This document shows, piece after piece, positions 42,901 through 54,700 of a stretch of 64,000 bases of DNA. The position numbers and the translations under genes are program-made. The notes under the pieces were generated by a model. That model was not told the DNA's origin and made no database searches. It saw nothing but the letters and a program-made list of their open reading frames with translations. Within the stretch, counting starts at the first letter, position 1. Every line of letters begins with the position of its first letter. This stretch comes from Eledone cirrhosa (taxonomy: Eukaryota). The stretch spans positions 389,112,001 to 389,176,000 of the forward strand of contig OZ024741.1 in the NCBI GenBank assembly GCA_964016885.1, in the 5' to 3' direction.

Positions 42901-45742
42901 GGATTGGACATCATCGTCCATCATCACCATTGTTTTTACATCCACTTTTCTATACTGATATGAGTTGGACAAGAAATTTTTGAGACAGTATTCTACAGCT
43001 GGATACTCTTCCTGACATCAACCCTTACTTGGTTTTCAAGCAAGTTACTGATCTTTGCATGTCAAAACCCCGACCTACAAGACATTGTTTGTGTGGGACA
43101 TAAACAAATGCCACCACCTGGCATTATAGTACCATTAAATACCACAAAACTCACTGGATACAGAAGGCTGCTTCAAATCTATCACTTATAATATAGAATT
43201 ATGTTTTCTGTGATTCAGTTGGAGGGGGGGGGGTAGGACCTCTTGGTAAATACCATAACTAACAGCCTCTCTAATCAGCGCCACTAATAGCTAACATCTT
43301 GAATTTTATTGTGAATGAAGTACTTTTGTTTGTTTTTTCATATATAAATAATATCAAAATCTCAGATTCAATATTATGTGAGATATTATGTAAGGGTTAA
43401 GACACTTCAAATTAAGGGTGTATTTTAATACACCCTTAATTTGAAGTGCCTTAACCCTTTAGCATTTACATTACTCTATATTTACTATTGTATTTTCGCA
43501 GTAAAGTCTTTATCTTATATAATATCTCACATAATATTGAATCTGAGATTTTAATATTATTTATTTTGAGAACAATACCTTAACCTAAACATGAGTGGCT
43601 AGTTACAGCCAGTTTGAACAGAAAGAGGTGAGGGAATTCTGCTGGCCGGTTATGACTGGGTTAAACACCAATAAATATGGTTTCACTTTTGAACTCTGAT
43701 GACTTCTATATTTTTCTATTTGCAGGTTATCCTCTCATTTTTGATACCATGGCTACAGCCTTCAGCTATTTGCGCATCCCACCTGCATATGCCTTGTTAT
43801 TCTACCTCTCCATTTTCTTATATCATATTCTATTTCTGGTAAGCCATTTCTTCACAAGCAATATGTTTATTCCAATTTTTTGTTTGAGAATTTAGTTTGA
43901 AAAGGAGTAAGTTAATGTCTATTTCTTAATGTGATTCTTCTTCTTCTTTATCTTTTTTCTTTTTTTTTTTTCTTTACCTTTTCCTTTTTCTTCCTCCTCC
44001 TCTACAACTGTCTCCAAATGGATCCACAAAGATCCCCAAATGAGACCAGCCAAGCTTATAGATGTCATCTAACTATCTTGTTTATTGTCTATTTCTGTGT
44101 TATTGTTTAACCCTAGGTCAGACCTGATCATGCAAAGGTGTTCTAACCATTTATGCCAATATGTAATTCATTAAGAAAATAAGGTGTGATTTGAAGTAAA
44201 TTCAGCTGCCTGATTTAGCCGAGGAAAAATCTTAAAACACTTATAATATCATGCAACTATTTAAATTTCTAGTTTGGTTATACAACTACATTTAGTGGGC
44301 TTGTAAAGTCATTAGTTATATATTTGAGTTGATGTGGTAAACACAAATTGTTGTTTGTACCAGTTGCATCTTTAACAACACTTCTCATAAACAGTTTAGA
44401 TAAACTGTTTAGATAAATCACATCTCATTAAAAACAAGTATTCATTTCTTTGACAAAGATAAAGCACTTAGATTAGAATAATAACATCTTGATTGAGTCT
44501 ACATGCAACCTCTCTCATAAACAATACAGCTAACTTCAGACCATTCAAAACTCCACCCTTTCCAACTCTGATTAGGGAATTGCTCACAAACAAATCTCTT
44601 TGTCTCTCTATATTTCTCTTTCAGTTTCTTTCTCTCTAATCATTTCCTCCTCTGCCCCCTTCTTTCACTCTTAGACAACTTAGAAATCACATGACTATAT
44701 GCTTCAACAAGCACTAATATAACAGAATTCTGAAATCTTTGTCCCTCTTCTTAAAAAAATCAGTATCAATCTTTATCCTTCCTCTCAGCTAATTAATCTT
44801 TCATTTGATACACTAACAACAAGTGTTTTAAGGCCATTTTTTCCTACTAAAGAAGAGGTTAACCATACGTGGGCTACATGCCAAGGTTCCCCATTTTGTC
44901 CTATTATCTACGTTTTCCTCCACCAGTACTCTGACTTTCATTTCCTTTTCTGTTACTCATCTTTGTCTCTATTCATAGATTTTTATTACAAAATAATTCT
45001 TTAGTAGTTTTTAACAACTCTGTAATTTAAATCTTTCTGATTTGTACTGATGGTTTTTAGAAATGCAAATTAAATGAATTAATTATGGTAATTACTTTGT
45101 TACTTTCTACAACAGGCAGAGAGAAAAAAAACATAAATAAAAACATTCCATCCACCTTGACCATAACCAAAGAATAATTAAACCGATAAATAAATAAATG
45201 CTACATCGTAGTGATTGTTTCTCTCCCTTCTCTCTTTCCCAGTTTCACAGTCTGTGAGAACATATCTATATATACACACAGTTGTCTCCTGGTATTCGTG
45301 GCATTAGAGCACCTACGAAGAGTGAAAAACCACACATATTGGACATGGTCCATAAAAATGCCTATAAACGTCAAAACATAACGTAAAATATAGGCCTGCA
45401 AATACAATATATTGTTATTAATAATTTAACGTGAAAAAATATATATTGCCAGGAAAAAAGCCATAAAATAATCGCAGAAGATATTTACAATTTCGCGAAT
45501 ATGCAGCGGTTTTCACGGACAATCATTAGTCAGGTTCTAAGGAAAATTCCATGAATAAGCAGGACCCCGAATACTAGGGGTACACTGTATGTATATATAT
45601 AGTGGTTACCTCCGATTCAACCCGGAATAACTTATGAAACAGTTCTAGTCCTGTAGAATCTCATCTATATTAAAACTTTTATACTCTGCTATGTATTGAG
45701 TACCTTACTTACTGTGGTTACCTCCGATTCAACCCGGAATAA

Positions 45743-45783
<41 letters not shown>

Positions 45784-48700
45784 CAATATATATATACGTC
45801 ACCATCGTTTTTACATCCATTTTTCCAAACTTGATAGGTTGGACAGGTCATTTTTGGCACATCTTCTCTCCACTCACCACGTTTCTTCAACATCTCCTCT
45901 GAGTCTCAGCTTCCATCCACTAGCATTTCCTGGCATTTTATTACCTATCAATCATCATTCATACACATCACATGTCTGTACCAACACATTTTTCGCAAGC
46001 AAATGGCCCGACAAAGCCATTCTGTTCAGATGAGCAATCATCATCCACTTGTTCAACAGTGGCATCGAGGAGCAATCAACATGTTTCCGAGTCACTACCT
46101 TTCATCAGGACCGTCCACCTCTCTGCCAATCTGTTGAACAGTTGAAAACATAGCACCTTCTGAATGGAATATTATTGTTACTGTTCGACGTAGCCCATAC
46201 TTGCATATGTGTATATATATGCAGAGGATATACGCAGACTAGAGAGGAACGAAGCTTGCATGCTCCGCTGGATGTGTAATAGTAACATACGTGAACGGCA
46301 AAGCATAAACGAACTAAGGAAAAAATTAGAAATAAGAGGGATCAGATGTTTACTCGAGAGAAGGCTACATTGGTATGGTCACGTGATGCGCATGAAAGAC
46401 GACAGCTGTATAACAAAGTGCAGGGCAATAAAGATAGACAGTAGCCACGGAGTAGGCAGACCCAGAAAAACCTGGGACGAGCTGATAAACTCCGACCTCA
46501 CACACTTACACCTCTCCAAGACAATGTCACTGGACCGAGACCTTTGGCGGTACTCAGTAATAGAGAAGACCCGCCTTACCTAAATACAAAGTAAAACCTA
46601 CTACAGTCAGTAGGCATCTCTAACAAAATACACCCCCACCCCATCCACACCGCCCCTTTCAATGTAAAGTTATGTTGGTGCCACAACATCCAGGCCGAAA
46701 CAAATGAGATCGTGTAGATGTCACGACAAAAAAACACACAGTCCACGCTGTAATGTGGCCGTGTAGATAACACGGTAAAAACCTCCCAGTCCCACACTGT
46801 AAATGTGGTTGGTGTTAGGAAGGGCATCCAGCTGTAGAAAACCCGCCAGACAGTCCTATGCGAGCAATGACAACCACTCTTGCCTCAAGTGGGAAAACTC
46901 CCGTCCAAACCCATGCAAGCGTGGAACATGGACGTTAAACGATGATGATGATGATGATGATATATGTGTGTGTGCGTATGAATGCTTACAGTTATTATTG
47001 TTGGTTGCTAAAAACAGCCCTAACCAACTGACCTAAGAAATTCAATATATTTGTTATTGGAATGGTGAAACTAAATCTGACCAATAAGAAGGAGGTGAAT
47101 TCTACTGATGCTTGAATTTGTTCATTCTGAATCATATGCCACCATGGGTTGGATGGGTCCTTTTCAGCACAGGTTGTGTTCCTTCGTCATCTTCTCTGTG
47201 AGTCTCTGATTTTAGATCAGCCCTCACTATCTCTGCCCAGGTCTTCCTTGGTCTACCTCTACTATGGCTTTCTTCTACTGGGATTTTCTGGCACTTCTTC
47301 ACCCAGCGATCATCATCCATGCACATCACATGTCCATACCAATGCAGTTTTCTCTTTTGTACACCACTTTGGATTCCTCTTAAGCACACTTCCTCCCTCA
47401 GCTCATCCAAGTTCTGCCTTTCTCTCACATTTACATTGCATATCCAACGAAACATGGTTGCTTCATTTCTCTCCAGTCTATACATGTTCTCTGCAGTCAT
47501 TACTCATGTTTCACTGCCATGCAGCATCGCCCTTTTCACAGAGGCATCATTGAGCTGTCCTTTTGTATGTAGGGAGAAACCTTTTGTTGTCAACTGTGAG
47601 AGTATCTTTCTAAACTTTTTCTATCCTATCCTCATTTTAGCTATTATATACATTTATTTTGCAGTTATTTTATCAACTTGCATAACAGTATTTCTGAAAC
47701 TGTTCTCATTTCAGTGTGTAGCTATCCTGACTTTGGTGGACAACATAATGGAATCCCTGATACCATGTTTGGAGAGAAATTCCATTAATAAAACATTCAT
47801 CAATGTTGTTGTCACTTTTCTTGTTGTTGGTGTTATCAATGCTTTGGGAGTTCCACACACCACAAATGTGAGTATCATACTAGCTAGATGGCTTTCGTGC
47901 CTTTCATTCTTTCATAGACAATGAGATCGATTTAACTCTTAACATCTTGTACCACATGAAACCCTATTAGTATGATGTTCTCGAAAAGTACAAAACAGTA
48001 CTATGACGTTTAAAATTGAACTGTTCACTCTGATACTATAACTTTTCCCAATGATCTGTTCACTAGTAAAGATACTCTTGTTTTTAAATAATTTCTAAAT
48101 CATTACAGGATGTTGACCGTTAATTAACTATGCATACATCTAAATATCACTTCTTTCCTTACAAAAACAAATGTAACCAGATACCTATCTTAAAGATCAT
48201 CATTGTTGACTTTGCCTTTCATCCTTACGGGGTCGATAAAATAAAGTACCAGTAATGCAATGGGTAATTGCTGGCCTTGTGCTTAAAGTAGAAACAATTA
48301 TTATGAAATGCCAGGGGCGGTGAATTGGCAGTATCGGTAGAGGGCCGGATGCCATGCTTTGACGCATAGTTACGGCCCTTGCCTTTCTGAGTTCAAATCC
48401 CGCCGAGGTTAACTTTGCCTTTCATCCTTACGAGGTCGATAAAATAAAGTACCAGTAATACACTGGGTAATTGCTGGCCTTGTGCACAAGGCCAGCAATT
48501 ACCCAGTGTATAAACAATTATTATGAAATGCCATAAACAGTTCAAGGGTAATACCAATTTTATGTGGCTAATAATTCAGAATTGATATACAAATGTATTA
48601 TTTTTCTATTTGATATGAATAGAAAATATATCAAGTTTACTAGTCATTTAGAAAATATTAGAGTAATAAGGAATAGAATGTTATGTTATGTAAAACTTGT

Positions 48701-51700
48701 CTATCCAGTTGCTACTAACATTGAAACATTCATAGTTTATGTTAAATATGCAAGACTATTTCTTTTGTCATCCCCAAATATTTGTTATTAAAATGGAATT
48801 TAAGAAGCAGCAAATTGACCGAGTCATTACGATGTCTGAGTAAATGCCTCTGTATTTGTCACAGCTCACTGTGCTCTGAGTTCAAGTCCCAAATTAAGGA
48901 TCAGAATAAAATTTTATGAAATGCACATTTTTCCTGATGTAATTTTCAAATTGCTAGTTGTTACAGCAAATGAATTTATTGTACAACTGTAGAAGCCAGC
49001 AGTCTTTCATCTTTAGTAATTACTAATTCCATTGTTCTCTTTGTTTGGTATTTAGGCTGGACCCTACTTCAATACCCTAATGACTGTTTCATTGGAGCGG
49101 CTGGTATTCTTGGTGGTAGTCCTCACTTTTATTGGACTTATTGTGGTCTATGGTAAGTCATGGCAATTCCCACAGATAATTTTTTAACACTTTTCTTACC
49201 ATATTTCTAATGAAAGACACTACATATAATTTTCAAATCATTTGAAAATAATCAAGAATTTGGAAGGATTTTATAACATAACTAACTTTTTCATTATTCA
49301 TCATCATCATCATCATCGTTTAACTTCTGCTTTCAATGCTAGCGAGAGTTGGACGGGTCTTTATAGACCAAGTCAGTACTGAAACGAGGTTACTGACCTC
49401 CCAGACAGATCAAGGGGTCTGTATCTTGCTTATTTATAATCATGCATTCTATTGAATGCAAATGAGAAGTTATCATGTCTTTTAACACAAACTGAAAGGG
49501 TCCTTCCAACCTCTTGTTTAGCAAGCTTTCTATGGTTGGATGCCCTTCCTAACACCAACCACCATTATTATAAATATAAATATAAAAGGGCGGTGGATTG
49601 GCAGTATCGGTAGAGGGTCGGACGCCATGCTTTCCAGCTTAGTTACGTCCCTTTACGATCTGAGTTCAAATCCCGCCGAGGTTGACTTTGCCTTTCATCC
49701 TTACGGGGTCGATAAAATAAAGTACCAGTAATGCACTGGGTAATTGCTGGCCTTGTGCCTAAAGTAGAAACAATTATTATAAATATAAACACTTTAAAAG
49801 AAAACAGCTTGGTATCTTAGAACCTGAGGTGGTTTGGTAGGAAAAGGATTAAACAGTATATTCTGAAATAATATTTTCACTACCACTAACCCTTAAAACC
49901 ATGGATTAGATAGGTGTCTTCAAGAATGCAAGTATTATTACATCTATATTGAGTTCCAGAGATGTTTAATTGAAGTAAAAGTTTTACAAGTTTTAAAAAT
50001 GTACCAGTATGTTTTTTGTGTGCTAAAAATATACTGTTACGTTATTTTAACTTTCCACCCCATGTGTGCCAAAAACATACTGGTACATTTTCTTACCTCC
50101 TGCCCCTAATATCTCTTTTATATTATTTTTACCAATTTTTTGAAAATTGCAAAATGTAATGTATAATCCTGGCATGTAATCGCACCAGTACTCAAAGAGT
50201 TAATAATAGTCCCTGGCTCAATCTCTTTAAAGAATGCTCCAAAAGGTTTTATAAAATGCAGTATGGTAGGTAAAGAAAGCAAACCAATTATAACAAAGAG
50301 GATGCTTTTCTTGTTTATGATAATTTGAGTAATTATTCTCAAACTAATCTGTAATGTACTGTATTTGATGTCAAAATCTGCCTGCAGTCTATACACCAAA
50401 GATATGAATACATCATCATCATCACATAACATCCACTTTCCCTGCTAACAGGAGTTGGACAGGCCTACGTAGACCAAATCAGTACTGAAGTAGGGCTACG
50501 GACTGCCCAGACAGGCCAACAGATCTGCATATACAAAAGTTGTACATAAATAGAGATTTCCTAAACTGTTTTCTTCAAAATAAGGTTGCATGTTATATAA
50601 CAAAAAATATAATTAATTGTTATTAATAGTCATAAAAGATATTTGTTTTTGACAAGATTGTTATAAGGAAATATTTTTATTATATTTTCCTTATATAAAA
50701 CACCATGTTATAAAAATAAGTTTTACTGAACTGTATCCCCCACAACCATATCCCTTTTGCTGCTAAAACAGTCAAAAGATGTGTAAAGACAGCCTACTCC
50801 CATTACACCAGAGCTACAGAATTGGAAATGTTATGCCTGTGTAACAAATTATATCTTCATGATTATATTTAATTTTTACTGACTATTAATGTGATGCTAA
50901 TTATTAAGCGGAAGCACGTGGCCTAGTGATAAGAGTGTTGGACTTATGATCATAATGTTGTGGGTTCATTTCCTGGACTAGGTTGTGTGTTGTGTTCTTA
51001 AACAAAACACTTCATTTCACTTTGCTCAGTATACTCAGCTGAAAATGAATACCAGCAATAGCTGGGAGTTTTAATCTGTGATGGACTGGCACCCTGTCCA
51101 GGGGAGAGTCTTGTACTGTCAATTGCTTAACACTATAGAAACCAGGATAAGCACCAGGCTTGAGACAGATGTTAGACTTTTTAAATTATTAATGTTGTAT
51201 AATTGACCATCGTTTATTTGCTTTGTTTTATCTAGTTTTATTTATTTATCCATTTATTTGTACAGCAAAGCAGAACTTTTCATTAGCTGAACGCATCATG
51301 ATGGGTGTTTGGTTTGCCCTGTCCTGTCTGGCAACTGCTGTAAGTGAATTTCAACTATTTCATTTTCATACTTTTTTTTTTTTTTTTAATTCATGAATAT
51401 CATTTTTTCTGTGATTTCGTGTGAACACGTAGGGTTGTTGACTGCATACGTAGCAGAGTTCAAAGGGTTAAAATAGGACTAACATACTTCATGTAGTGAT
51501 CCCTCAAAAACGAAAAGAAAAAATTGTTAGCAAATAAAATTACATTCCTACTTAAAATAAAAATCATTAACGTCCCCGATAATTTTGATCAAAGGTAAGG
51601 GAGATAAGTCCGAAATTCAAATAGATTTTAAAACTCGCCAGAAGGAATCACATGAGAAATTTCTCCTGTCATTATTTTAACTGATGGATTGGCAGTATCG

Positions 51701-54700
51701 GTAGAGCGTCGGAAAACATGTTTTGCGGCATAGTTACTGCCCTTTACATTCTGAGTTGAAATCCTGTCGAGGTTAGCTTTGTCTTTCATCCTTACAGGGT
51801 CGATAAAATAACATACCAGTACGACCTTCGTCTCCCAAAAAATTGTTTTCCTTGCGCCTAAATCAGAAACCATTATTTAATTTGCCCAATCCGAATATTT
51901 TACAAATTCTTCCAGTCATTATAATTGTTTCTACTTTAGGCACAAGGCCAGCAATTACCCAGTGCATTACTGGTACTTTATTTTATCAACCCCGTAAGGA
52001 TGAAAGGCAAAGTCAACCTCGGCGGGATTTGAACTCAGATCGTAAAGGGACGTAACTATGCTGGAAAGCATGGCGTCCGACCCTCTACCGATACTGCCAA
52101 TCCACCGCCCTCCAGTCATTATAATGCCTGGTAATGGTCTAATAAAGGTTTTACCGTACTTAAAGTTCACTCACTTCTTAATGAATGCCTCCATTTAATT
52201 TTTACTATTTGGATTTCAGAATTGTCTCCCTTGCTTTTAACTCAATTATAATTAACACTGATTTTTCTTTTATTTATTTTTTTTTTTTTATCATTGCAAG
52301 TGTGATTTCAAATGATTAAACATTTTTTGATTCACTACACTAAACATGTTAGTCTTTCCACACCTCAGGGAAATTTTATCATGTCATTATGTATAATATT
52401 CTCTACCTTTGCTTTCTTAATCTCATCAATGCTTCTTGTATGAAGATAAAATTAATTTTCATAGATTGATTAGAATCTCGTATTCACTACCGCAAATTAT
52501 ACGTAACTTATAATGCTTAATTTGGCAGTATCGGTAGAGGGTTGGACGCCATGCTTTCTTGCATAGTTACGTCCCTTTACAGTCTGAGTTCAAATCCCGC
52601 CGAGGTTAACTTTGCCTTTCATCCTTACACTGTCGATAAAATAAAGTACCATACCAGTAATGTACTGAGTAATTGCTGGCCTTGTGCCTAAAGTAGAAAC
52701 TTTTTAATCTATCTTAGGTAAGGTACATTACTCTGCTTCACTTCTAGTTTATTGTTTCGCTAAAAGTTAGTTATCGCCCTTGCTTCATAATTGCGTAGAA
52801 AGATTAAATAGAGTATAATTTAATAAAACATATATCCTATCCTTGTTATGGAAAAAATGGTGGGGGGGGGGGGGGGGGGGGTGAAATAGCATAGAAAAAA
52901 AAAGAACTGATTGCAAACATGTATCTGTCCAATGGAGATAATTTCTTTACATATCATCCTTTTATAGTGCCAACCCCGTTTAGCTGATTCATATGATGTG
53001 TCTATTATGTATAAACCAGGTCCGTACTGATATGGTATACCTATTCACACAGCTTGATTTATTTATCAAATTATGTGTATGTATATTGAATAATCAGTTG
53101 TTTTCTCTTTATAATAAGTCAACTGTAAATAGTACAAATTATTAGTTAAGCATTAAGGAAATGTTTAGCATACACTTTAGATTGCTTATATTTGTTAGTG
53201 TGTTGGATTGGCAGAATCATTAGTGTCATGGTCATTCGTCTAGTGCAGAGGTTCTCAAACTTTTGGGGTTATCGCCACTCACGGCCACGTAATATTCCCC
53301 CCCCCCCCCAAAAAAAAAAACTATTTCCAGAGAGACCTGCCTACACACAAATTGTAAATAAAATCGTTAATTTATATATAATGAATAATATGATATATAC
53401 TATGTATAATCATCATTTTACATCCGCTCTTCCCTGCTGGCAAGGGTGGGACGGGTCTTATTCAGCACAGCATCTCTTCACTTGTCACGGTCCTTTGTCA
53501 TCTCCACCGTGAGCTTCAGCGATCTGAGGTCTGTTCTCATCACCTCCGCCCATGTTTTTTCGTGGTCTACCTCTACCACGTCTTCCTTCAACTGGCATTT
53601 CCTGGCACTTCTTCACCCATCGATCATCCTCCATGCACATCACATGTCCATACCACCTCAGTCTCCTCTCCCGTACACTACATTCTATCCCTCTCAGACA
53701 GAGTTTCTCTCTCAACACATTCATGCTGGGTCGTTCACGCACATTGACACTGCACATCCAACGGAGCATGCTTGCCTCATTTCTCTCCAGCTGTCGCATA
53801 TCCTCTGCAGTTGCTGCCCATGTCTCACTACCATGCAACATCGTGCTCCTCACACAGGCATCATATAACTGACCTTTCGTACGCAGGGAGAAACCCTTCT
53901 TCATCAGCAGAGGAAGCAGCCCCCAAATCTTCTTCCAACCTGTCCTTATTCTAGATAATATGGCCTTGGAACACCCCCACCCATCTCCCATGCTAATCTG
54001 ATCACCTAGGTACCAGAAGCTATCCACCACTTCTATAGCATCCGCCTGCATTTGAAAAATGTGTCTATCAATGCGTTTCTACTGTCTAATTTCCCTGTGC
54101 ATCTACTGCATACATATTTCTCCCTACCTGTTAGTTTGCCTGCTATCCCGCTACATCTCTTGTGTACCCAGGGTCTGCATTGTGTGCATTTTATAGAATA
54201 TAAATAAATATATATTTTTTATTTTACTATATTTATATATATATGTATCATTTGATATTTAATATACTATATCATCTCTCCTGCCTCCTTAGGCCCCAGT
54301 CCTCCTGGACATTCTCAATGCCCCCTCCCGAAGAGTGGCAGTAGCACCCACTTTGAGAACCTCTGGTCTAGTACCTTGTGGTAATTAGTTATGAGTTTAA
54401 ATCTAACTATGGTCAACTTTGCTTTTCATCTTTCATCATCATCATTTTACATCCGCTTTTCCCTGCATGCAAGGGTGGGACGGGTCCTATTCAGCACATC
54501 ATCTCTCCACTTGTCACAGTCCTTTGTCATCTCCTCTGTGAGCTTCAGCAATCTGAGGTCTGCTCTCACCACCTCCGCCCATGGTTTTCGTGGTTTTCCT
54601 CTACTACGTCTTCCTTCAACTGGCATTTCTTGGCACTTCTTCCCCCATCGGTCATCCTCCATACGCATCACATGTCCATACCATCGCAGTCTCCTCTCCC

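Noticed and set aside
47319-47924. 201-aa ORF as a TE-host fusion protein
   Set aside because: Chance in-frame read-through from an antisense RTE into exon 10; a good acceptor at 47714 explains the exon.
49588-49690. tRNA genes at the A/B-box motifs
   Set aside because: These are SINE heads with no cloverleaf, followed by the SINE core and tail.
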